Below, one piece after another: positions 55,192-64,000 of a DNA stretch of 64,000 nt. The notes under the pieces were generated by a model, which was not told where the DNA came from, did not search any database, and saw only the letters and a program-made list of their open reading frames with translations. Position 1 is the stretch's first letter. Each line of letters starts with the position of its first letter. The stretch is from a virus. Position numbers and translations under genes: made by a program. The stretch lies in IMG/VR virus record IMGVR_UViG_3300031885_000004, positions 1-64,000 of that record. The stretch is one strand, 5' to 3'.

Positions 55192-55504
55192 CTGGGATAT
55201 CGGAGATCTAGTTTATGTTGAAGCGTCTGCAAAAGTGGGGTTCTTGGAAGCCTATAAGGTTTCCAATATAGTCCGTGCAAGAGGCAGGTGGCTTTATACA
55301 ATCGACGTCAATCAAAAACCACCATCGGAACCAACCGTGATGTCAATGGTAGACATCAAGAACACTGATCAGATATTCTTTGATGAAAGTGAACTCATTA
55401 ATTACAAAGACGCGCTTCTGCTCATGAAACGCTCGCTTGATATCAAAACCAAGCGCGTAAATCAACTAATTAAGAAGTATTTCCCAGAAGGAACTGAGAC
55501 ATGA
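55172..55504 (+). CDS. hypothetical protein
   Basis: 110 aa, coupled. Confidence 0.65.
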   Translation: MAASKPNWDIGDLVYVEASAKVGFLEAYKVSNIVRARGRWLYTIDVNQKPPSEPTVMSMVDIKNTDQIFFDESELINYKDALLLMKRSLDIKTKRVNQLIKKYFPEGTET

Positions 55505-56850
55505 ACGAGGTATTGGGGAAAAGTGAAGAGAGGCCATTTGGGCCAAATGAAGAGAAGGCCATTATATCTTTGGCCTTTACTGCGCCGGAGTTCTTTAGTT
55601 CTGTTGGACAGCATATAGATACAAAATATTTCCATCTACCAGAAGTTAAGTTCGTGCACGCAATTATCAGCTCGTTATACGAAAAACATGAAGTGATGCC
55701 AACACGAGAGATGGTGCGCGACATTGCAATGAAGCAATTGTCGGTGGATGATGACTATCAAAGAATATTAGACGTAGTAGATCGACCATCGGATCCAAGA
55801 GAAATACCAACGATTAAAGATACTGTCATTGATTGGGCAAGAAGTAAGGCATATGGATTGCTATATGATGAAGAGGCTATAGACGCGTATGAGAGTGGCG
55901 ATTATGATAAAATTTCAGAAATATTCGAAAACGCACAGAGAATTGTTGATGTATCACAAGCTGGAGATGAATTCTTCAAAACCTACAAGGATATTTTCAA
56001 TCTAGATTTTGAGGAAAAATTAACGACTGGCTTCAGAGATCTAGATAGGCTTATTAACGAAGGTGGTCCAACTCGTGGGGAAGTATTTGTTTGGATGGCA
56101 CCAACAGGGGTTGGCAAATCACTGACATTGGTCAATTCTGGTGCGATGTGTTTCAGATCTAATCTTAAAGTTCTGCATGTTACACTTGAACTTTCGAAAA
56201 CCAAGACCAAGATAAGGTATGCAGGAGTTTTTAGTAGAATACCGACAACTCTAAGAATTCAGAATAAAGAAAAGGTTGAAGCGGCGATTGAAAAGGAAAG
56301 ATCAAGCCATACTGGCGACATAATAATATATGAATTTCCACCAGATGAAATTAGTGTCGATACTATATACCAGATAATAAAGTGGCTCAAAAAAAGTAAA
56401 AATTGGGTAGCTGATGTTGTAATTATTGACTATCTAGAACTAATGATGTCCAAAAGGTCTTATTACAACAAAGATGACTACGTTAGACAAAAAAGGGTTG
56501 CAACCGAGATTAGAGGTCTTGCACAGAGCGAGCACGTTCTGGTTTTTACTGCCACGCAAACCAATAGAGAATTAGGCGCTAGGAAGGAAAAGAGTGAGGG
56601 AGGTGGCCAGGGTGGCGGAGGGGGCGGAGGCGGCGTGATCGATATAAATAGAGCAGCTGAATCGTATGGTAAGATGATGCCATCTGATTATGTGGTTAGC
56701 ATTAATCAGAATTCAGAAGAGTATGCTGCTGGTAGATTTAGGTTTTATGTGGCCAAAAACAGAAATGGATTTAAATTTAAGACGATCAGTGCCAAAGTTG
56801 ACTATAGCACAATGATTGTCGAAGTAGATAAGATGCAGTCAATAACATAG
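55501..56850 (+). CDS. DnaB/gp41-like replicative helicase
   Basis: APTGVGKS, TLEL, IIDYL, TATQTNR, KNRNG. Confidence 0.92.
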   Translation: MNEVLGKSEERPFGPNEEKAIISLAFTAPEFFSSVGQHIDTKYFHLPEVKFVHAIISSLYEKHEVMPTREMVRDIAMKQLSVDDDYQRILDVVDRPSDPREIPTIKDTVIDWARSKAYGLLYDEEAIDAYESGDYDKISEIFENAQRIVDVSQAGDEFFKTYKDIFNLDFEEKLTTGFRDLDRLINEGGPTRGEVFVWMAPTGVGKSLTLVNSGAMCFRSNLKVLHVTLELSKTKTKIRYAGVFSRIPTTLRIQNKEKVEAAIEKERSSHTGDIIIYEFPPDEISVDTIYQIIKWLKKSKNWVADVVIIDYLELMMSKRSYYNKDDYVRQKRVATEIRGLAQSEHVLVFTATQTNRELGARKEKSEGGGQGGGGGGGGVIDINRAAESYGKMMPSDYVVSINQNSEEYAAGRFRFYVAKNRNGFKFKTISAKVDYSTMIVEVDKMQSIT

Positions 56851-56859
56851 GACATAAAT

Positions 56860-57237
56860 ATGCCAAGATATAATTACGCATGCCAGAGTGGTTGCAAATT
56901 GTCAGATGTCAAGAGTGAGCTAAAAGACGTTGTGATAATTGTGGCCAAATCTGGTAGGCTGATCTGGGAAGAAGCACACAGTATTAAAATCACACCTTCT
57001 ATTAAATGCCCTCTATGCAGAGGCGCGGCATCAATAACACTTGAGGGGGTGCTTGCGCCTGTATCTTATATAAGAGGTTACGGCTATCTCGACAAAGCTG
57101 GGTGCAGACGGAACATGAACTTGCACAAGTTGACAACAGATGATCCGTATGCACACATGCGAGAACGAGGAGAGGCAGACGACCTCAAGTGTCGGCTTAA
57201 AAAGGGTAAAACACCAGTCAAGAAGTATTTCGCATAA
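56860..57237 (+). CDS. FmdB-like zinc ribbon protein
   Basis: MPRYNYAC...CPLC. Confidence 0.65.
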   Translation: MPRYNYACQSGCKLSDVKSELKDVVIIVAKSGRLIWEEAHSIKITPSIKCPLCRGAASITLEGVLAPVSYIRGYGYLDKAGCRRNMNLHKLTTDDPYAHMRERGEADDLKCRLKKGKTPVKKYFA

Positions 57238-58346
57238 TGTTATTATTAACAGCCTTCGACTACACAAAATATCCATATAAACCGTTATTGTCGTTACTTA
57301 AAATTGGCGACAGGACGGAAATTTTTTATTTATATGCCAAAGGGTCCAACCGGAAGATATACGATGTAACCTCTGACATATTTGCTATTGGGAATATCGT
57401 GGACTCATCGCAGGAACCAGTGTACCTTAATGACGCTAAATCGCATATAATTGCATTTAATTTACGAAATAATCATAATCTATACCAACTAACAGCCGCC
57501 ATACCCACACTAAGCAACAATAGATATATAGAGCTATTTAATTCAATTGCTTTAGTTGACCTTAAACCAGATAGATGGAGGAACCTACTCGGCGCCAGTT
57601 CCTCCACATACATATCAATGGAAAGGAAGCCGATATTTCTCGATGAAATAAAAGTACAACCGATCTACGCACTTGATACTTATACTGGTAGATCTAGGTG
57701 TCATAACTATAACATCCAAGGTGCTCCGGAAGACACTCCAATCAGAACGGAAGATGCAGATAACTTATTCATATGCTGCGATTGGATGGCTGCAGAAATT
57801 AGGGCTGCAGCCTTACTGTCTCATGATGAATTGTTAAATGAAAGTTTTATAAAATCAGATCCACATACGATGTTATCGGAGGAGCTTGGTATTCCAAGAG
57901 ATGAATGCAAACGCCTATATATGCGCACGATTTATTCTATTGATCTTGATTCCCCAATCTTGGAAATATATCCAAAGTTAAAAGAGTGGATGCAGAATCA
58001 GCTAAACGCGCTGGAAAGGGATGGCTCTTTATGCTCGCCTCTTGGTCGAAAATTTAAATTGGGTAGTCGTGACACCAAAAGCGTATTTAATGCGGTATTG
58101 CAAGGGACGGTTGCCCACGCGATGCAATCATCATTAATAAAATTGTCTGATAAATTAAAAGCATATATGCTCACTGAAACACATGACTCAATCATATTCT
58201 CTTGTAGATCAGGGCTTGTGCCGCACGTAATAAAAGAAGCAACACAGGTGATGTTAAGACCATTGACTGAAATGGATACGTTCCCTCTTAGAGTTTATGT
58301 TGGGCGTCAATGGAAGAAGTGGAAACTATATAGGGAATATAGATGA
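57237..58346 (+). CDS. compact family A DNA polymerase domain
   Basis: TGR, motif A DWMAAEIR, motif B RDECK...IY, NAVLQG, motif C THDSII. Confidence 0.78.
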   Translation: MLLLTAFDYTKYPYKPLLSLLKIGDRTEIFYLYAKGSNRKIYDVTSDIFAIGNIVDSSQEPVYLNDAKSHIIAFNLRNNHNLYQLTAAIPTLSNNRYIELFNSIALVDLKPDRWRNLLGASSSTYISMERKPIFLDEIKVQPIYALDTYTGRSRCHNYNIQGAPEDTPIRTEDADNLFICCDWMAAEIRAAALLSHDELLNESFIKSDPHTMLSEELGIPRDECKRLYMRTIYSIDLDSPILEIYPKLKEWMQNQLNALERDGSLCSPLGRKFKLGSRDTKSVFNAVLQGTVAHAMQSSLIKLSDKLKAYMLTETHDSIIFSCRSGLVPHVIKEATQVMLRPLTEMDTFPLRVYVGRQWKKWKLYREYR

Positions 58347-58822
58347 AGGATTGGTTTTCAGAAAACGTGCCAGAGGATATCGCCAAACGTATAGTGCGTA
58401 TCAGGGCTGAGATTGGTGAGGATCAGGTAGTAGATAGAGATTTTAGGCCAGACTTAGCGATCGACTATGAAACGCTTGAAGAATCATTGATGACGGCTCC
58501 GCAAACTTTTGCGTTCTGGGCGATGGTCTATAGCGAACAAAAAGCATATGTGGCAAAACTTGATAGAATATCAAAGCGTAGAAGAGCACAAATATACGAT
58601 CTAATAATTGAAGAATCGCAGAAAAAGTCTGTTAAAGTACCAGAGAAAATACTTCGAGAGCTAGTCGAAAAAGACGATAAGCTATTGGAAATTGAGAGCA
58701 AATTAATATTGGCTAATCGTACTCTTGGCAAACTTTTCAACATTGTCGATGCGATGAAACTCAAAGTTGAGGCATTGCGATCGTTGGCTGGATTCAAAAG
58801 GCAAGAGCAATCAGCACCGTAA
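58343..58822 (+). CDS. UvsY-like recombination mediator
   Basis: Helical 159 aa with K..ALRSL..F.R.E C-terminus, upstream of the SSB. Confidence 0.5.
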   Translation: MKDWFSENVPEDIAKRIVRIRAEIGEDQVVDRDFRPDLAIDYETLEESLMTAPQTFAFWAMVYSEQKAYVAKLDRISKRRRAQIYDLIIEESQKKSVKVPEKILRELVEKDDKLLEIESKLILANRTLGKLFNIVDAMKLKVEALRSLAGFKRQEQSAP

Positions 58823-58833
58823 GGAGATTTCAA

Positions 58834-60030
58834 ATGCAAGAGTCTGAAAAGAAGAAAATGCTCGAGAAGATGCGCCAGCGCATGAAGGACGAAAAGGGCA
58901 GCTCTAGGGACCCAGCGATGTTTAGGGTTCCGAACACTAAACCGAACGAAACATTTAAGTATCGATTTGTAGTGCTTCCCGGTATTGCCAAAGGCCAGAA
59001 ATGCATCACTGGTGAAGCGTCTGCAACTATGGATGAGCGCCAATGGCCCGGTGAAGATGGAACAATTAAGAAGATGCCATGGTTCTGCGTTAGCGGCGGT
59101 CTTCACTGGATTGATCGCAGGCCATATGGTTGTCCAAGGTTATTCGATAAAGCTAAATGCCCTTGGTGCGAACTCGGATTTGAACTTCGCAGAGAGTGCG
59201 ATGTTGAAGACAAAAAGCGAGCACTCGCCAAGCTATATCTCCCCAGGACAATGTCTGCAGTGAATATTTATTTCCCTCCATCGAACGTCAATCCCGCTGA
59301 TCTTCATGGGAAGGTCATGTGGTATCAAATGCCAAAGACCGTTTTCGATAAGATGGAAGAGTGTTGGATGCGTGACGGTCCTGGCGATGATCCAGAAAAT
59401 GACCCAAAACCCTACGGCATGTTCTGGGATCCAGAGGATTGTTTAATATTCCAGGTTGAAGTCACACACAAGAGTGGTTATAACAACTATGAAAGCTCAA
59501 AATTCCTGGTCAAGCGCCACAGGCTTGCCGAAACACCAGAGGAAATTCAGGCAATCCTCGATCAGCGCCACGATATCGTAGCCAAGTTCCCGCCTAGAAA
59601 TGCCAAGGAACTCGCAGACTTACTCGAGAAGGTTGGTCAAGGCGAAATCCCGAAGACTAGTGGCGCTGATGGCGACGAAGACGAAGAACTTCCAGAGCAG
59701 AAGAGCGCACCAAAGGCAGCACCATCCAAATCTGCTCAGCAGAAAGCGGCCCCTGCTCCTGCGGCACCGGCACCGGCGGCACCAGCACCGGCACCTGCTC
59801 CTGCGGCACCGGCACCTGCTCCTGCGGCACCGGCACCTGCCCCAGCACCAAAGGCATCAAAGCCAAAACCCACCATCGATGAAGACGATGGTATGCCGTC
59901 AAGCAGCAAAAAGCCTGCTCCTCCGACCACAGCACCGGCAGCCGCTAAGGCTAAGGCCACGAGCTCAGTAGATGAAGTGGATGATCCTGAGCTAAAGAAG
60001 CTGCTAAACGAGGTCAGGGAAGAGATATAG
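58834..60030 (+). CDS. gp32-like single-stranded DNA-binding protein
   Basis: RFVVLP, CP...CPWC, YNNYESSKF, Pro/Ala linker, acidic tail. Confidence 0.72.
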   Translation: MQESEKKKMLEKMRQRMKDEKGSSRDPAMFRVPNTKPNETFKYRFVVLPGIAKGQKCITGEASATMDERQWPGEDGTIKKMPWFCVSGGLHWIDRRPYGCPRLFDKAKCPWCELGFELRRECDVEDKKRALAKLYLPRTMSAVNIYFPPSNVNPADLHGKVMWYQMPKTVFDKMEECWMRDGPGDDPENDPKPYGMFWDPEDCLIFQVEVTHKSGYNNYESSKFLVKRHRLAETPEEIQAILDQRHDIVAKFPPRNAKELADLLEKVGQGEIPKTSGADGDEDEELPEQKSAPKAAPSKSAQQKAAPAPAAPAPAAPAPAPAPAAPAPAPAAPAPAPAPKASKPKPTIDEDDGMPSSSKKPAPPTTAPAAAKAKATSSVDEVDDPELKKLLNEVREEI

Positions 60031-60036
60031 GCTTTC

Positions 60037-60960
60037 ATGCGAAGCTGTGAGCACCTATTAATTGATGGCAAGAATGCCATATATCGTGCTATATTTGCTG
60101 GATATGGGGATCCAGCATTTAAAGCGACCGGATATGACTATTTCGTAATAATGGTTAGATTTATTGGTAGTTATATTTCATTATTTAATCCTCATAATGT
60201 ACATATATTTTGGGATGGACCTAGAGATAAAATATGGAGGAAAGCGATAATTCAAGAGTATAAGGAGCACAGAGCAGAAAAATACAAAGATCTTGAAATC
60301 GATATTCATAGCGAGTTAAAAAGACAAGTTGGTTTATCAATCGTAGCCTTCAAATATTTGAATTGTAGACAATATTATAGAGAAGGTATGGAGGCTGACG
60401 ATCTTATATATTCATTCTGCACGCTAAATCGCGAATCAACTGTGATAATATCAAGCGACCAAGATTTCAGGCAGATAAGTTACAAAATGGATCATGTTCA
60501 TATATATAATCCATTATCAAAAGAACCGCAGGTAGAGCCAAAGCCGGATGTCGATGTGGTAATTGTTAAGTCGCTTATGGGAGATAAGTCAGATAATATT
60601 ATCGGGTATTACAATATTGGGCCAGTCAAGTCAACAGAAATGGCTAAAGATAAGCCTAAGATGCAGGAGTTCCTTAGGTCAAATAAAGCAATTGTTATGG
60701 TTGATGGCGAGCCTAAGGTAGTAGGTGATTCGCTGTTTATGAGAAATAGACGAATTATTGATTTATCGTGGTGCCCGCACATTGCGGATAATTGTGAGTA
60801 TGTGGAATATAAACAGCAAACTATGATAATCTTAGATCAAAAAAAGGTTGAAAATATGGCAAATCAGAATAGAGTGCGCGGCTTACCTTCCGATTTACCA
60901 AGATATATACCACAATTTATGGCTTTAGCGTCACCACGACATACTGGTCAATGTGATTAG
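60037..60960 (+). CDS. 5'-3' exonuclease (FEN/T4 RNase H-like)
   Basis: LIDG, YK..R, EADD, SSDQD, GDKSDNI. Confidence 0.92.
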   Translation: MRSCEHLLIDGKNAIYRAIFAGYGDPAFKATGYDYFVIMVRFIGSYISLFNPHNVHIFWDGPRDKIWRKAIIQEYKEHRAEKYKDLEIDIHSELKRQVGLSIVAFKYLNCRQYYREGMEADDLIYSFCTLNRESTVIISSDQDFRQISYKMDHVHIYNPLSKEPQVEPKPDVDVVIVKSLMGDKSDNIIGYYNIGPVKSTEMAKDKPKMQEFLRSNKAIVMVDGEPKVVGDSLFMRNRRIIDLSWCPHIADNCEYVEYKQQTMIILDQKKVENMANQNRVRGLPSDLPRYIPQFMALASPRHTGQCD

Positions 60961-61162
60961 GTATGAATCCGTCAGCCACTTCTAGTTCAAGATAATCTTT
61001 AAGTGTTGGATTATTGGCTGTATTTGGGATTGTGTTATCTTCTATGACTCTATGCTGAGTCTCGAACGATAGATTCTCCTGAATTGTGGACTGCTTTTTA
61101 ATCACACCGCCGCCAGGCTTCACTCTTACCATTCCAACGTAGGCAACGTGTACTTGCGCCAT
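60917..61162 (-). CDS. hypothetical protein
   Basis: AAGGAGG RBS; 81 aa. Confidence 0.65.
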   Translation of the reverse strand: MAQVHVAYVGMVRVKPGGGVIKKQSTIQENLSFETQHRVIEDNTIPNTANNPTLKDYLELEVADGFIPNHIDQYVVVTLKP

Positions 61163-61163
61163 G

Positions 61164-61607
61164 TTAGCCTCCTTCGTCCATACTTACTTTTGATTGTTTA
61201 GTTTCTATGAGCGCATATTCTTTCGACATAATTTCGAAAGTTTCCTTAAATGTGATCTGGTTCTTCCTACTTGGTTCTTGTGCCAATAACCATTCCCATC
61301 TATTTGGTAAATTATTACAAAGCCATTTATAAAACGCCACCGGTGCCTTATGCGGCGATAGCTCAAACGAATATTTATGATGCGATGCGCAAATCGCCAA
61401 GCCATTCATTACCGCGTGGCGATGCGAATACATTTCTCTTGGGATCATATGGTGTGCTTGGACATATATTTCTGAGCCGCACACCGCGCATTTTCCATTG
61501 CCGACAATAAATACAAGCTTCCTCCAAATATTGTCAGCCTTATTTCTCCACAACCTTGAGTTGTGGTCATCCCTCTTCTTTTGTAATTTACTCTTCTTAA
61601 GCTTCAT
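61164..61607 (-). CDS. HNH/NinG-like endonuclease
   Basis: CAVCG...QAHH...NGLAICASHH. Confidence 0.75.
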   Translation of the reverse strand: MKLKKSKLQKKRDDHNSRLWRNKADNIWRKLVFIVGNGKCAVCGSEIYVQAHHMIPREMYSHRHAVMNGLAICASHHKYSFELSPHKAPVAFYKWLCNNLPNRWEWLLAQEPSRKNQITFKETFEIMSKEYALIETKQSKVSMDEGG

Positions 61608-61692
61608 ATAATATATACTTATGCACTTGTATGCGTATATATTAGTGCGCTCCCATGTGCCAAAAATAACTTAGTCATTTGGGAGAGTCGCC

Positions 61693-61881
61693 ATGGCATG
61701 CTGTGGAAGAGCTCGCGGAATTAAGATTCAACTCAACAATGGAATTAGGAGTGGTAGAGATAAATGCCCAGTATGTGGAACGCAACTAAGAACAATATAT
61801 GCCTTTGATCCTATAACCAAAAAACAAAACGTCCAAAAGAAATGCTCAAATCCAAAATGTAACTACCGGAGAAAGATTTAA
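61693..61881 (+). CDS. small zinc-ribbon protein
   Basis: MACCG; CPVC...CSNPKC. Confidence 0.6.
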   Translation: MACCGRARGIKIQLNNGIRSGRDKCPVCGTQLRTIYAFDPITKKQNVQKKCSNPKCNYRRKI

Positions 61882-62447
61882 TGGCCAAATATATGGCAAT
61901 ATGGGTAGCTGCCATAATATTTATAGAGGCGGTAGTCGAAATAGAAGTAGAATCGGAGCTATTCAAAGCAATCCGCGCCAGGCTTATGCCATCAGAGCAC
62001 TCACGATTCATCACTATTAGATGGTACATAAACGGGTTATTCAGCTGTGGATATTGTTTGTCTGTTTGGGTTAGCGCAATAGTTGCGTTATTTGTGCCAA
62101 CTAAGTTTATCAACGATGGGATGGGGTCATTGCTATCTGAAATTGTTGATTGCCCGATCATTTTTATGGTATCTAGTTATATAATAAGTGTATTTGTGCT
62201 CCATAGGTTTTCGAATTGTTTGCACGAATTAATTCATAGATGGATCAATCGAATGCCATACATCATGGCATTTAGACCAGTATCTGATTTCAGTATAACG
62301 AATGACATCGTTGGAGGCATCAATGGAAAACCCACCACAGATAACGGACGTGGTGCTGAAGAACGAATCGGAATTGAACCAACTATTAGTAAACTTCCAA
62401 CCATCGAGCAAGAGCCACGTCCGGAAGACTCTAATGGACGGGTTTGA
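61881..62447 (+). CDS. DUF1360-like membrane protein
   Basis: LFSCGYCLSVWVS with several TM segments. Confidence 0.65.
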   Translation: MAKYMAIWVAAIIFIEAVVEIEVESELFKAIRARLMPSEHSRFITIRWYINGLFSCGYCLSVWVSAIVALFVPTKFINDGMGSLLSEIVDCPIIFMVSSYIISVFVLHRFSNCLHELIHRWINRMPYIMAFRPVSDFSITNDIVGGINGKPTTDNGRGAEERIGIEPTISKLPTIEQEPRPEDSNGRV

Positions 62448-62679
62448 ATCGTTGCGTAAGAGAGTAGAAATTAGTGGTAAGTTGGATGACATTGACTATA
62501 CAAGATTTGGGGAATTCCAGCCAGCTCCAATGCACCTAAACCTATCAATTAGATCTCTAGATAACTTCATTAAAAGAAGGATGGGTGGCGAGAGGGTTGA
62601 TCTTAAGATTCAATGGACAATTGGCCAGACTAAATTCACATTTGATCCCTGGAGTGGTTGCCTTGAAAGAAGTTCTTGA
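62323..62679 (+). CDS. hypothetical protein
   Basis: GGAGG RBS before MENPPQ. Confidence 0.55.
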   Translation: MENPPQITDVVLKNESELNQLLVNFQPSSKSHVRKTLMDGFESLRKRVEISGKLDDIDYTRFGEFQPAPMHLNLSIRSLDNFIKRRMGGERVDLKIQWTIGQTKFTFDPWSGCLERSS

Positions 62680-62835
62680 AGTTGCGATTGTTGGTGTCGG
62701 TATAGCATCGGTGTGGTTCTATATCAGAAGTCTCGTGACGGGTGATCTTACGCCCAGATCATTTATGAGATGGGGCGCAATCATAATACCAATTAGTATT
62801 TTAATGTCTGGTGGATTAAAGGCACTACATATTAT

Positions 62836-63141
62836 ATGATAAAATCATTTCAAGTCGGGTTGGCGCAGTACATGCCGATTCAAGAGTGGGAGCCAGAGGT
62901 TGGCGATATTATAATATACCACGGGTGGATTGTGCATTGGTTTGGTTTGATAAACCAAATCGAACCTAATGGTATCGTTAGCGTTGTCAGAGCAGGGATA
63001 CCGATTCTGTTACTAACGATGGGCCAATCTAAGATGAGCAAATCAATCTCTAAAATTGACTCAGATGAAATAAAATTGTCAACTGGTGGTAAATATGCAG
63101 TTGTAAAGAATGTTAGAAATGCAACAGTCTGGTACGTCTAA
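62836..63141 (+). CDS. hypothetical protein
   Basis: 101 aa. Confidence 0.6.
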   Translation: MIKSFQVGLAQYMPIQEWEPEVGDIIIYHGWIVHWFGLINQIEPNGIVSVVRAGIPILLLTMGQSKMSKSISKIDSDEIKLSTGGKYAVVKNVRNATVWYV

Positions 63142-63652
63142 AATCCCTTCCATAATAGCATATCCAGAAATATTACATATCGATAGAGTTCCAGAGCTGA
63201 AAGATAGGCTAGTTTATATCATAAGATCATATAAGCTAGATGGAACTTCTATATTAATCTTTAGGAATAGTGGTAAAATCGGAATAAGGTTTGGTGATTT
63301 TGCTGGAAATATAATTGAACCAGAAAAGTTAGATAAGAAATTCGCCGCTAATTATGTTGGTCCACTAGTCGATTTAATGAATCGAGCAAGAATACCGCAA
63401 GCGCAATTTTATTTTTCTGGTGATATATTGGTTGACATTAGAACACATTTAGATAAGATGTCTGGACCCGGCATGGTTAAAGAACTATGCTCTAAAATAA
63501 TCCCAACACAGGAGATAATTGCTATTAAAAAATTAGACGATGGCTTGCTGAAAGAACTTCCATCAATGGGCCAAGTTATATTAAAACATAGTTCATTCAA
63601 AATTATTGTAAGAGGAGATAAATTCTTACCACTTTATGCGAGGTCGGGATGA
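63110..63652 (+). CDS. hypothetical protein
   Basis: 180 aa. Confidence 0.6.
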   Translation: MLEMQQSGTSKIPSIIAYPEILHIDRVPELKDRLVYIIRSYKLDGTSILIFRNSGKIGIRFGDFAGNIIEPEKLDKKFAANYVGPLVDLMNRARIPQAQFYFSGDILVDIRTHLDKMSGPGMVKELCSKIIPTQEIIAIKKLDDGLLKELPSMGQVILKHSSFKIIVRGDKFLPLYARSG

Positions 63653-64000
63653 GAAGGCTATCATCTGCGCAGCGAAGGATTATTTCCGAGCAAGAGACGC
63701 TTGGGGTAGATAAGTTAAAACCCACAATAAAACCCACAATAAAACCCACAATAAAACCCACACCAAAGCCAGAGCCAGCTGGTGATGAACTTGCAACACT
63801 CGAGCTGCCTGAGCTAACAGAACCACCAGCTGATCAGCCTGAAATTGGTGATGTAGAACTATTACAAAAATGCAGAGAATATTTAGAAGAATCAATCTCC
63901 AATCTCAATAAAATCGGAATCATACTTGGCGCGAGGTTAAAAGATTTCTCAACAAGAGAAAGTTTACTAGCCGTTAATAGTCAACTAGATAAAGTGATCG
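63649..64000 (+). CDS. hypothetical protein, 3'-truncated, with KPTI repeats
   Basis: Own translation MRRLSSAQRRIISEQ...KPTIKPTIKPTIKPT..., open to the window end; 12-bp repeat at 63716-63762. Confidence 0.65.
   Translation, partial: MRRLSSAQRRIISEQETLGVDKLKPTIKPTIKPTIKPTPKPEPAGDELATLELPELTEPPADQPEIGDVELLQKCREYLEESISNLNKIGIILGARLKDFSTRESLLAVNSQLDKVI

Noticed and set aside
63680-63895. Minus-strand 71-aa ORF with WVLL repeats
   Set aside because: Antisense to a more plausible + strand ORF starting at 63649 that is coupled to the upstream gene.

Overview
This window looks like part of a large (jumbo-type, loosely T4-like) dsDNA phage genome using the standard genetic code. Bases ~350-12710 hold an array of 30 tRNA genes interleaved with small ORFs, two tRNA-like RNAs with ~150-nt D-loop insertions, and other structured non-coding segments. 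A GC-rich island of small ORFs follows (~13.4-16.8 kb). Next come a nucleotide-metabolism block (epimerase, an adenylosuccinate-synthase homologue with PurZ-type residues, DeoC-like and NDT-like proteins), an SbcCD/gp46-47 pair, and two clusters of unrelated proteins sharing a conserved (D)PKDIAKLITEDPD peptide. The right half is a replication module: split DnaE, UDG, RecA, DnaB-like helicase, compact PolA, UvsY-like, gp32-like SSB and a 5'-3' exonuclease. The DnaE carries an intein whose LAGLIDADG endonuclease is encoded in a different reading frame. The most striking items are the two homologous D-loop-expanded tRNA-like RNAs, the nine-member ITEDPD leader-cargo family, the dual-frame intein, and the PurZ-like operon. 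All product calls come from motif recognition by eye; no database searches were run.
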